The position numbers were made by a program, and so were the translations under genes. Shown in pieces: positions 14,864 to 23,603 of a stretch of 37,700 bases of DNA. Positions within the stretch are counted from its first letter, which is position 1. Each line of letters opens with the position of its first letter. The notes beneath the pieces are model-generated. The model saw only the letters and a list, made by a program, of their open reading frames with translations. It did no database searches and was not told the DNA's origin. This DNA comes from a virus, in the UHGV virus genome UHGV-1371623; one strand, written 5' to 3'.

Positions 14864-15157
14864 ATGGATTACAAAAGCAAACGCTGGCTGCACCTGCGCG
14901 ACGCGGTGCTCCGGCGTGACAAGTACCGATGCCGAGAGGCCGCAAGGTTCGGCAGGAACGAGCTGGCGACCGTTGCCCATCACGTCTACCCGGTGGAAGA
15001 TTTCCCCGGCTGGCAATGGTGCGGCTGGAATCTGATCGCTGTGAGTCAGGCAGCGCACAACAGCTTCCACGACCGCGTGACCGGCAAGCTGACCGATCGC
15101 GGCCTCGCGTGGCAGCGGCGAGTGATCCCCCCTCCCGATGCGCCGCCGCCGTTCTGA
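14864..15157 (+). CDS. HNH endonuclease (terminase-associated, cos-type packaging)
   Basis: The motif CREAARFGRNELATVAHHVYPVED...WNLIAVSQAAHNSFH has HNH-type His/Asn/His spacing. It sits directly upstream of the terminase. Confidence 0.8.
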   Translation: MDYKSKRWLHLRDAVLRRDKYRCREAARFGRNELATVAHHVYPVEDFPGWQWCGWNLIAVSQAAHNSFHDRVTGKLTDRGLAWQRRVIPPPDAPPPF

Positions 15158-15431
15158 CCAAAGCACCGGAGTGGGCCCCCTTTTCCGACGGCGGGAAAAC
15201 GGGCGGAGGGGGTAAGCGAGGAGGCCCGAGGCGCGCGGGTGCGCGCGAAAAAAGAATCATGCGGTGCGGGCGCAAACGACGCGCCTGCGCGAAACGCCGG
15301 AGACTGTGCCAGGCAGCAGCGACATTGGGAACGCCGCCATTGCCTTCTCAGATCCTCCTAACTGGGCCCGGAGCCGCCGGGCCTGGCAGAGTCTCCGGCA
15401 TGTGGGAGGTGAGCACTTGGCCAGAGAGGAC

Positions 15432-17549
15432 ATGATCCGAAAGGACATGGAACTGGTCGGAACCTACAACGAGATATTCGAGCCGACGATCAAGCAGCTG
15501 GCCAAGACGGAACGCGAACTCTCCCGCGCAGAGAAAGAGTGGAAGAAGCAGGGCGGACAACGGATCTGCACCATGATCAACAAGACCGGTGCAGAGTACA
15601 CGGCCAAAAGCCCATACTGGACGGCGGTCGAAGATCTGCGCGCGACGGTGCAGTCGCTCCGCAATCAGCTCGGCCTGACACCGACGGGCCTGAATAAGGC
15701 CAGGTCGAAGCTCCAGCCGGCCGCGGCCGGAAACAGCAAGATCGAGCAGCTGCTCGCGGCGGCACACGACCACGCCGTTCAGCAGGGCGCACAGTATCAG
15801 CGCGACGTCGACGCCTTTGTCGAGTCGGTGCTCTCTGGGGAGTCCGGGCTGTGCGAAGACGTTGTCCTGTCCTGCAAACGGTATGTCGCGGATCTTGGTT
15901 CCGGCAAGTGGGATTTCCGCGCGGATCCGGCCAACGACATCATCGCAATCATCGAGCAGATGTTCTGCCACCAGCAAGGCGAATTCCTCGATGCAACGCC
16001 GCTGCGCGGTACTCCCTTCCTTCTTCTCCCCTATCACAAGTTTATTGTCTACAACCTGATGGGTTTTTATCTGCCGGATACAAAGATCCGGCGCTTCAAG
16101 GAAGCTGTGGACTTTATCCCCCGCAAAAACGTCAAGACTACCTTCGCGGCCTCTCTGGCCGGAGCTCTAGCCATGTATGAGCGTGCCTCCGGCTCTAAAG
16201 TCTATGAGGTTGGCGGCGCTTTGAAACAGGCGCTTGAAGGTTTTGACTTTCTCAAATACAACTTCAACCGCCTCGGCGTAACAGTCCGAGACGATCCAAA
16301 CCAGGGGCTGCGCATCATCGACAACAACATGGAGCGGTCTATTTCCGGAGACATCGGCGACGGCATGATCTCGATCAACGCCCTTGCCGCGAACCCTGAC
16401 AAGCAGGATTCCTTTAACTGCAACATCGTCATCGCTGACGAGGCCCACACCTACAAAAGCCCGCAGCAATATCAGATCCTGAAGGACGCAACCAAGGCGT
16501 ACACCAACAAATTGGTCATCATCATCTCCTCCAACGGCCCCAATGCCCGCGGCTTTTTGCTCGGCCACTTGGACTATTGCCGGAAGATCCTGCGTGGGAC
16601 CGTTACAGGTAACGCAGCGGACAGCATCTTCTGCTTCCTCTGCTCTGCGCCGACACTGGAAAACGGCGACGTTGACCTGCATGATCCGGCTGTGCTGAAA
16701 GCTGCCTCGCCGGGCTGGGGCTACTCCATCCGCCCGCAGGACATGATCAACGACGCAGCCATGGCCGCCGAAAACCCGGCGCTCCGGCCAGAGTTCCTCA
16801 ATAAATCGCTGAACGTCACAACGAACGCGATCAAGGCATGGTTTGACATTCAGGAGTTCCGCAAGAGCGACGAGCGATACAGTTGGAGCTATCGGCAACT
16901 TGCGAAGCTGCCCATCCGCTGGTACGGCGGCACGGACCTTTCGAAGCTGCACGACCTGACCGCCGGATGCCTCTTCGGGCACTACAAGGGCGTGGACATT
17001 ATCATTCCGCACGCATGGTTCCCGCGGCCGGCCGCCATCGTCAAGGCTCAGCAGGATCAAATCCCGCTGTTCGGCTGGCAGGAGGACGGCTGGCTGGACA
17101 TGACCAACGACAAGGTCACAAATCACCACGATGTGGTGCAATGGTACAAAAAACTGCGCGCCGATGGGTTTAAGATCCGCCGCATCGGACACGACCGAAA
17201 ATTCTGCCGCGAATACTTCGTCGAGATGCAGAAGGAACGCTTCCCCATCAAGGATCAGCCGCAGCTGTTCACACGGAAATCCGAAGGTTTCCGCTACCTG
17301 GAGGCCAGCGCGAAAAAGGGAACGCTCTACTACATGCACGCCGAACCCTATGAGTACTGCGTACAGAACGTTGCCGGCATTGAGAAGGCTGACGACATGA
17401 TCATGTATCAAAAAATCGAGCCAAACCTCCGCATCGACCTCTTTGATGCCTCGGTGTTTGCGGTTTGCGCTTATCTCGAAGATCTGACCGCCAGCAATAA
17501 GGCGGCAGGCTGGTATGACAAGAAAGACAAGGACGGTGATGCAGATTGA
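15432..17549 (+). CDS. Terminase: a P27-family small-subunit domain fused in frame to a Terminase_1-type large subunit (the ORF opens at 15264; start candidates TTG 15417 / ATG 15432 / ATG 15447)
   Basis: The N-terminal ~150 aa (MELVGTYNEIFEPTIKQLAKTERELSRAEKEWKKQGGQRI...LGLTPTGLNKARSK) is P27-TerS-like. The remainder is TerL-like: a P-loop-like FIPRKNVKTTFAAS, a Walker-B-like IVIADEAH and a C-terminal nuclease region ...RIDLFDASVFAV. The six-frame track shows no stop between the two parts. Confidence 0.75.
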   Translation: MIRKDMELVGTYNEIFEPTIKQLAKTERELSRAEKEWKKQGGQRICTMINKTGAEYTAKSPYWTAVEDLRATVQSLRNQLGLTPTGLNKARSKLQPAAAGNSKIEQLLAAAHDHAVQQGAQYQRDVDAFVESVLSGESGLCEDVVLSCKRYVADLGSGKWDFRADPANDIIAIIEQMFCHQQGEFLDATPLRGTPFLLLPYHKFIVYNLMGFYLPDTKIRRFKEAVDFIPRKNVKTTFAASLAGALAMYERASGSKVYEVGGALKQALEGFDFLKYNFNRLGVTVRDDPNQGLRIIDNNMERSISGDIGDGMISINALAANPDKQDSFNCNIVIADEAHTYKSPQQYQILKDATKAYTNKLVIIISSNGPNARGFLLGHLDYCRKILRGTVTGNAADSIFCFLCSAPTLENGDVDLHDPAVLKAASPGWGYSIRPQDMINDAAMAAENPALRPEFLNKSLNVTTNAIKAWFDIQEFRKSDERYSWSYRQLAKLPIRWYGGTDLSKLHDLTAGCLFGHYKGVDIIIPHAWFPRPAAIVKAQQDQIPLFGWQEDGWLDMTNDKVTNHHDVVQWYKKLRADGFKIRRIGHDRKFCREYFVEMQKERFPIKDQPQLFTRKSEGFRYLEASAKKGTLYYMHAEPYEYCVQNVAGIEKADDMIMYQKIEPNLRIDLFDASVFAVCAYLEDLTASNKAAGWYDKKDKDGDAD

Positions 17550-18727
17550 GAGTGAAGCCGCAGCGCAGAGGGATGGACCCAGCGCTGCAAAAATGGATGA
17601 TCGGCGCGATCGACGCTGATACGTTGGCCGTTCCCGGTTATACCCGGTTAATTGACAGTCCGGATGTGCTTGCCGCCATCGGCGGCCTCGCTGATATCAT
17701 CTCGAACGCTACAATCCAGCTCATGCGGAACACCGACGACGGCGATGTCCGCGTCCGCAATCAACTGGCGCGTTTTATGGATATCACCCCATGGAGGCAC
17801 GGAACGCGCAAAGACCTGATCTCCTGGATCGTCTGGACGATGCTGACGACCTCGACCGGAAGTGCCTTCCTCCTGCCGCACACGGAACGCGGCCTCCTGA
17901 GCGAGCTGGAGCCGATGCCCGGCGCGTATGCGCTGAGCGACGATAACGGCCTGACCTACTATGTCATGTGGCAGGGACGGCGCTATGCGTCCGACAGCGT
18001 ACTCCATTTCAAACGCTGGCCCGACCCGGCACAGCCCTGGCAGGGAATCGGCCTGCGGATCAGTCTCCGGGACGTGACTTCGAATCTCCGGCAGGCGGCC
18101 GCCACGAAAAAGGGCTTTATGTCCGACAAGTGGAAGCCGAGCGTGATCGTCAAAGTGGATGCGCTCGCGGATGAATTTGCCGACGAGGCGGGACGCAAAC
18201 GGCTGGTTGACCAGTATATGTCCGGCAGCTCCGCGGGCGAGCCGTGGGTGATCCCGGCAGAGCTGATGGAGGTGCAGCAGGTCAAACCTCTGAGCCTGAC
18301 GGATCTCGCCATCAAGGACAGCGTAGAGCTGGACAAACGCGAGGTCGCTTCGCTGGTCGGTGTGACGCCGTACATGGTCGGCGTCGGCAGTTATTCCGAC
18401 GCGGAGCACAACCACATGATCCGCACCACGGCTGTCACAATCTCCAACATCATCTGCCAGGAGCTGACGCGGAAGCTGCTGATCTCCGAAGAGATGTATT
18501 TCCAGATGTCCACACGCCGGCTTTACAGCTACACGCTGCAGGAGCTGGCCAGCGTGGCCGACGATCAGTACATCCGCGGCCTGATGGACGGCAACGAGGC
18601 CCGCGATTGGCTCGGCCTCAGCCCGCGCAAGGGTTTGAACGAGCTGGTCATTCTCGAAAACTACATTCCCCGCGGCATGATCGGCAATCAGAAAAAACTA
18701 GAAGGAGGCGACGGCAATGCCGAATGA
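17546..18727 (+). CDS. Portal protein (HK97-family-like)
   Basis: The gene follows terminase and precedes the prohead protease. Its 393-aa length is typical. The start may be downstream at 17573. Confidence 0.7.
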   Translation: MRVKPQRRGMDPALQKWMIGAIDADTLAVPGYTRLIDSPDVLAAIGGLADIISNATIQLMRNTDDGDVRVRNQLARFMDITPWRHGTRKDLISWIVWTMLTTSTGSAFLLPHTERGLLSELEPMPGAYALSDDNGLTYYVMWQGRRYASDSVLHFKRWPDPAQPWQGIGLRISLRDVTSNLRQAAATKKGFMSDKWKPSVIVKVDALADEFADEAGRKRLVDQYMSGSSAGEPWVIPAELMEVQQVKPLSLTDLAIKDSVELDKREVASLVGVTPYMVGVGSYSDAEHNHMIRTTAVTISNIICQELTRKLLISEEMYFQMSTRRLYSYTLQELASVADDQYIRGLMDGNEARDWLGLSPRKGLNELVILENYIPRGMIGNQKKLEGGDGNAE

Positions 18728-19301
18728 ACGCCAGCAGCGGCAGGTGCGCTGCGTAGCCCAGCAATTTCAGACGCGCGCGGCCAACGATGATCTGTTCATC
18801 GAGGGCTATTTCTCCGTTTTTAACAGCGAGTATCCGCTGTGGGAAGGCGCGAGCGAGATCGTAAAGCCGGGCGCTTTTACCAATTCCGTTTCCGGAGATG
18901 TCCGGGCGCTCATCAACCATGATTCCAGTCTTGTGCTCGGCCGGACAAAGGCCGGCACGCTGACGCTGCGGCAGGATGAGCGGGGCCTCTGGGGCAGCAT
19001 CAGAATCAATCGGGACGACGTTGACGCCATGAACCTCTACGCCCGCGTCCAGCGGGGTGACGTTGACCAGTGCTCGTTTGGATTTGACATCAAACGCGAA
19101 ACCTTTGTGGATCTCGGCGACGGAAAATGCCGCTGGGAAATCGAAGAGGTCGATCCTCTCTACGAGGTGTCTGTATGTACGTTTCCGGCCTACACGGAAA
19201 CGTCCGTCAGCGCCCGCAAGCAGGATCTGGCCGAAATTGAAAAACGCCGCGCCGAGGCCTGGCGCAGCGACATGAAAAATAAACTGGGAGGTACACAGTA
19301 A
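18717..19301 (+). CDS. Prohead maturation protease, HK97 family (S78)
   Basis: The motif IEGYFSVFN...GAF...INHD...LGRT...MNLYARVQRGDVDQCSFGF matches the HK97 prohead protease pattern. A GGAGG RBS precedes the start. Confidence 0.8.
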   Translation: MPNERQQRQVRCVAQQFQTRAANDDLFIEGYFSVFNSEYPLWEGASEIVKPGAFTNSVSGDVRALINHDSSLVLGRTKAGTLTLRQDERGLWGSIRINRDDVDAMNLYARVQRGDVDQCSFGFDIKRETFVDLGDGKCRWEIEEVDPLYEVSVCTFPAYTETSVSARKQDLAEIEKRRAEAWRSDMKNKLGGTQ

Positions 19302-20990
19302 ATGGCATTAAAAGTTTTGCTGCTGCGGAGCCGTCTTGCACCGCTGCAGACTGAGCTTCAGACGCTCGAAACCACGCGCGATGGCTTTGCGGCCCGCGAA
19401 GCGGAGCTGGAGCATGACATCGCCGAGGCGCAGACCGATGAGGAGCGCAGCGTTGTTGAGACCGCTGTGAATGCTTTTGAGCAGGAGCGCAGCGCGAACG
19501 CCGCGGACATCGCCCGTGTGCAGGAACGGATCAACGAGATCAACGAAGAAATCCGCAGCCTGGAAGAAGCGCAGACGCCGCCCGCAGCTGATCCCCCGGC
19601 GGCAGAGCCGACCGGAACCACCAACACCGAAAGGAGTAATCATTCCATGCCTATCAACAACCCGGAGCGCCGTTGGTTCGGCCTCACCTATCAGGAGCGC
19701 GACGCGCTGCTGGCGCAGCCCGCCGTAAAAGAATTCCTGCAGCGCGTCCGCGAGGCGCGCAGTCAGCAGCGCAGCGTAAACGGCGGCGAACTCGGCATCC
19801 CTGATGGTTTCCTGCCAATCCTGCGCGATCTGACCTATCAGGAATCCAAGTTCCTGCGCTACTGCTTCACCACGAGCTTCCGCGGCACCACGCGCCAGAA
19901 CGTTGCCGGTGTTGCGCCGGAGGCCATCTGGACCGAAATGACCGACGCGCTCAACGAGCTCGACATTGACTTCTGGCAGCTGACGATGGACGGCTACATG
20001 GTCGGCGGCTATATGGCTGTCCCAAACTCGCTGCTGACGGATGACAGTGACCTGCAGCTTGCATCGACCATCCTTCAGGCACTCGCATCCTCGCTCGCAA
20101 AAGCGATCGATAAGTCCATCTGGTTCGGCACCGGCGAAAAGATGCCCGTTGGCATCCTGACCCGTCTGGCCGCAACCGCGAAGCCCGCATGGTGGGGCGC
20201 GCAGCAGGGCGATTTTACCGACCTGCATACCAGCCACATTCTGAAACTCGATCTCTCCGCCAAGACCGGCGTCGAGTTCTTCCAGCCGCTGGTCTTGGCG
20301 CTGGCTGTGGCCAAACCGGACTACTCCAACGGTACGGTCGTCTGGACGATGAACCGCAAAACCCATCTTGATCTGATGTCCCGTGCGCTGGCCTACAACT
20401 CCGCAGCGGCCATGGTCGCTGGTGTCAACAACACTATGCCTGTCGTCGGTGGCGAGATTGTTGAATGGGAAGTCATGCCGGACAACGAGATCGCAGGCGG
20501 CTTTATGAGCCTTTATCGCTCGGTCGAGCGCGAGGGCACGCTGATCGAATCCAACACCAACGTACGGTGGCTTCAGAACCAGACCTGTTTTAAGGGTCTC
20601 CAGCGCCGCGACGGCAAGCCTGCCATCGGCGAAGCGTTTGTGGTTGTAAACTACGGTAACGCAACCCCGGCCACGACTACGACTTTTGGCAAGGACCTTG
20701 CCAACACTGCGATCGGCACTCTGATCGTGACGACGGCAGCCGGCACCGGCGCGTCCGGCGACAGCACCGTGACGGTGGCTGGCAACGGCTCCGGCACGCT
20801 GAAGTATCAGGTCGGCGGTCAGGCCGTGCCTGTAGCGAACGGCGAGACCGTCGATAAGAGCTGGACAGATCTGCCCGCAAATAAGACCATCAAGAGCGCC
20901 ACGACCGGCGCGACCATCACCGTCGTTGAGGTCAACGCGGACGGAAAGGCCGTGGCCGTTGGCTCCGGCAGCGTGACCGCCAAGGCGTAA
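19302..20990 (+). CDS. Major capsid protein, HK97 fold, with an N-terminal coiled-coil delta (scaffold) domain and a C-terminal Thr/Gly-rich Ig-like extension
   Basis: The 562-aa product has an N-terminal ~120-aa coiled coil and a central region typical of HK97 MCPs. The C-terminal TTTTFGKDL...TVTVAGNGSGTLKYQVGG...TVVEVNADGKAV is beta-rich. A GGAGGT RBS precedes the start. Confidence 0.75.
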   Translation: MALKVLLLRSRLAPLQTELQTLETTRDGFAAREAELEHDIAEAQTDEERSVVETAVNAFEQERSANAADIARVQERINEINEEIRSLEEAQTPPAADPPAAEPTGTTNTERSNHSMPINNPERRWFGLTYQERDALLAQPAVKEFLQRVREARSQQRSVNGGELGIPDGFLPILRDLTYQESKFLRYCFTTSFRGTTRQNVAGVAPEAIWTEMTDALNELDIDFWQLTMDGYMVGGYMAVPNSLLTDDSDLQLASTILQALASSLAKAIDKSIWFGTGEKMPVGILTRLAATAKPAWWGAQQGDFTDLHTSHILKLDLSAKTGVEFFQPLVLALAVAKPDYSNGTVVWTMNRKTHLDLMSRALAYNSAAAMVAGVNNTMPVVGGEIVEWEVMPDNEIAGGFMSLYRSVEREGTLIESNTNVRWLQNQTCFKGLQRRDGKPAIGEAFVVVNYGNATPATTTTFGKDLANTAIGTLIVTTAAGTGASGDSTVTVAGNGSGTLKYQVGGQAVPVANGETVDKSWTDLPANKTIKSATTGATITVVEVNADGKAVAVGSGSVTAKA

Positions 20991-21006
20991 GAGAGGAGGC
21001 TGTGGA

Positions 21007-21297
21007 ATGTCAGCAGACCTGCGTCTGACTTACATGAAGGTTGATCTTGGCATTTTGTCGTGCGCTGATCAACAGGAGCTTTATATGCGCGGGCTGCTGA
21101 CCACAGCCGAATCCTTTGTCCGCCGGCGCGGTATCACGCTGACGGACGACAGCGACGAGGATGACATGCTGGTCGGCTCCGTAGCCGCGTGGATGTATCG
21201 TGCCCGCGGCAACACCGAGCGGGCGGCACTCCCCCGGAATCTTGACATCATGATCAAGGACCGGCTGTGCCACGAGAAAATGAGGGACGGCGGATGA
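21007..21297 (+). CDS. Head-tail connector (gp6-like) protein
   Basis: Position and size fit. The sequence resembles phage DNA-packaging/connector proteins. Confidence 0.5.
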   Translation: MSADLRLTYMKVDLGILSCADQQELYMRGLLTTAESFVRRRGITLTDDSDEDDMLVGSVAAWMYRARGNTERAALPRNLDIMIKDRLCHEKMRDGG

Positions 21298-21635
21298 TCT
21301 ACGACAAGATTTTGACGATCTATACGCTGCTCCCTGGTCGGTCTCCTGCCGTGCGCAAGCTCAAGGCCATCAGCCAGCACTTTTACTGCGAGCGCACGGT
21401 GTACGCCTCCCGGTTTTACGCCGGGAAGCAGGCCGGGCAGAAGCTTGTGCGCATGGTGTCCATGCCGCGCAGCGTCTTCGACGCACCGATCGAAGCAGAC
21501 CAATACTGCACGCTGGAGGACGGCCACGTCTATCGCATCGACCAGGCGCAGCGTGAACAGGACGCCGACGGCCTCGACATCAACACGTTAAGCCTTGCAG
21601 AACCGGAGGGAAAGTATGAGCTGTACAAAGATTGA
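21294..21635 (+). CDS. Head closure / head-tail adaptor protein
   Basis: An ATGA overlap couples it to the upstream gene. The motif ...EDGHVYRIDQAQ is typical of head-closure proteins. Confidence 0.5.
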   Translation: MIYDKILTIYTLLPGRSPAVRKLKAISQHFYCERTVYASRFYAGKQAGQKLVRMVSMPRSVFDAPIEADQYCTLEDGHVYRIDQAQREQDADGLDINTLSLAEPEGKYELYKD

Positions 21636-21951
21636 AAACGCGCTCAAGACCGTCCTGCCGGACGCGGTCTACAAGGTGCAAGCCCCGGAGACGACAAACG
21701 ACGGTGAGCCGCTGCTCCGCTATCTGGTCTGGACGCCGACCGGCGACCGCTACGCCTACGCCAACAGCCGCCCCTTTGCCACGATCTATCAGGCCGTTGT
21801 GACCGTGGCCACGCAAACCGAAGATGATACGCTCCCCGCCGAAGTCGTCAAGGCTTTGGCGGATGCGCATATCGCGATGCAGATGCCTGAGCACTCCTAT
21901 GATGTCGAAACAGCCACCTACTACACGGACATTCCCTGTGAGGTGATCTGA
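21616..21951 (+). CDS. Tail-completion / neck hypothetical protein
   Basis: A GGAGGG RBS precedes the start. The gene sits in the synteny position between the head-closure and gp10-like genes. Confidence 0.4.
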   Translation: MSCTKIENALKTVLPDAVYKVQAPETTNDGEPLLRYLVWTPTGDRYAYANSRPFATIYQAVVTVATQTEDDTLPAEVVKALADAHIAMQMPEHSYDVETATYYTDIPCEVI

Positions 21952-22391
21952 TGGCGCAGATGGAGACCGACGGCATTGAAGAGGCCATCCGGCAGCTGAA
22001 TAAGGCCGATCTGTTTACCGACGAGAACGTGAAGCGGATGCTGACAGCCGGCTCCGAGGTCATGCTGACCTCTGTAAAATCTGCCTTTGTGGAGTCCGGA
22101 CATAACAGCCCAGGCCGACAGCGGCGCACCGGTGAGACGCTGCGGCATATCACAAAAGCCCGCGTCGTCCGGAAGGACAAAAACGGCGTCCCGTATATGT
22201 TCGTTACGATCCACGGGAAGGACAAACGTGGGCAGCGGTACGGCACAAAGGGTTTCGTGCTGAACTACGGCCGGCGAACCGGCGGCAAGATCCCGGCAGA
22301 CTATTACTGGTCGACCGCGGTACACAACACCTGGCAGCAGGCCAACGACAAAATGTCCGACGTCGCTGCCGACATTCTGAAAGGAGAATGA
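21951..22391 (+). CDS. HK97 gp10-family tail-component protein
   Basis: Size and position fit. The stop/start overlap with the upstream gene suggests translational coupling. Confidence 0.45.
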   Translation: MAQMETDGIEEAIRQLNKADLFTDENVKRMLTAGSEVMLTSVKSAFVESGHNSPGRQRRTGETLRHITKARVVRKDKNGVPYMFVTIHGKDKRGQRYGTKGFVLNYGRRTGGKIPADYYWSTAVHNTWQQANDKMSDVAADILKGE

Positions 22392-22392
22392 C

Positions 22393-23004
22393 ATGCCTGA
22401 ATTTGATCTTCGCGGCATGAAGGTCGCGAAATACAATTACGACAAAACGCAGAAGAAAATCAGTTATGACACGCCGATGTCCATGGGCGACGCAATGTCG
22501 GCCAACCTCGAACTCAAGTTCGCGGAGGGACGTCTCTATGCCGAGTCCGCGCTGGCCGAGTACATGAAGAAGGTCACGGGCCTGACGGTCAGCCAGGGCG
22601 TGAAGTACATCCCGGACGAGACGCAGAAGCTGCTTTTCAAAGCGTATGAGCTGAGCCGTTCGGTCGGTTCCGGCTCGCCCAAGACCGTGAAGAGCATGGC
22701 CTACGGCAAGACCTCGACCGGTCAGTACGTCGGCAGCGGATTCTATGCGCCGGATATGATCGACGGCGTGGAGAAGTTCACGGCCATCTTCGTCCACAAG
22801 ACGCTGTTCGGCCCGCCCAGCAAGACGCTCCAGACCATGGGTGAGCAGATCAACTTCCAGACGCCGACGACCTCCGGCGAAGCGCTGGTCGATGACGCAG
22901 GCCACTTGATGGAGTGGGACTCGTTTGACACCGAGGCCGAGGCCATTGCATGGCTCGACGCCTGCTTCACGACGGAACCGACCGTCGTCACGGAGGGAGG
23001 ATAA
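22393..23004 (+). CDS. Major tail protein
   Basis: The 203-aa gene lies immediately upstream of the chaperone G/GT pair and the tape measure. Confidence 0.6.
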   Translation: MPEFDLRGMKVAKYNYDKTQKKISYDTPMSMGDAMSANLELKFAEGRLYAESALAEYMKKVTGLTVSQGVKYIPDETQKLLFKAYELSRSVGSGSPKTVKSMAYGKTSTGQYVGSGFYAPDMIDGVEKFTAIFVHKTLFGPPSKTLQTMGEQINFQTPTTSGEALVDDAGHLMEWDSFDTEAEAIAWLDACFTTEPTVVTEGG

Positions 23005-23007
23005 ACC

Positions 23008-23385
23008 ATGGATCTCCGTTTGAAAACGCTGCCGTTTGAGTATGGCGGCCACACGCTCCAGCTCTGCTGCAATTTCAACGTGCTAGCAGATCTTCAGGCG
23101 GCCGACGAACTGGATGAGATGCTTGATGAGAAGCGTTCCTTCCGGAATTTCACGCGGCTGCTCGCGGCGCTGGTCAACGAGGCCGCGAACGCTGCCGGGC
23201 TGGATCTCTCCGTCACGGATCGCGAGATCGGCCGTGCGGTGAGCTGGAAGGAGTTCCGCCGCATCCAGGGCGATGTGTTCGGCCTGCTGTTCGCAGCGGT
23301 CTTGGCTCCGGACGATGACGAGGCGGAGTCGACCGAAGAAGAAACAAAAAACGTGGAGACCAAGGAAGCGGCAGCGACGGCCTGA
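23008..23385 (+). CDS. Tail assembly chaperone (gpG-like)
   Basis: An acidic 125-aa protein is directly followed by an open -1 frame that runs to the TMP start. Confidence 0.7.
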   Translation: MDLRLKTLPFEYGGHTLQLCCNFNVLADLQAADELDEMLDEKRSFRNFTRLLAALVNEAANAAGLDLSVTDREIGRAVSWKEFRRIQGDVFGLLFAAVLAPDDDEAESTEEETKNVETKEAAATA

Positions 23386-23603
23386 ACTTCGCTTGGTATC
23401 TGAATATCTGGATCAATGTCCTGCATAACGACGAGGCCGTTTTCTGGCGGACAATGACGCCGGCGCGGTGCGTAGCGCTTTACCGTGAGTTTTTCAAGCT
23501 CATGGGCGCACCGGGCCGGCGTGTCGTTTCTGAGTCTCCTGCGGAGACGGAGAAGCCCGCCCGCTTGTCGTTGTCGGCATATCTGATGGGAGGTGGCGGT
23601 TGA
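23008..23603 (+). CDS. Tail assembly chaperone G-T fusion produced by a programmed -1 ribosomal frameshift at A_AAA_AAC (23346-23352)
   Basis: The slippery heptamer sits in the correct phase (acA AAA AAC). The -1 frame is open from there to TGA 23601-23603 (...NFAWYLNIWINVLHNDEAVFWRTMTPARCVALYREFFKLMGAPGRRVVSESPAETEKPARLSLSAYLMGGGG). That stop overlaps the TMP ATG. Confidence 0.65.

Noticed and set aside
15348-17411. Minus-strand ORFs 15348..16037 and 16167..17411 (414 aa)
   Set aside because: They are antisense to the terminase gene, which carries clear TerS/TerL motifs.
19308-20366. 352-aa minus-strand ORF inside the capsid gene
   Set aside because: It is antisense to the HK97-type MCP. 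There is no start context.
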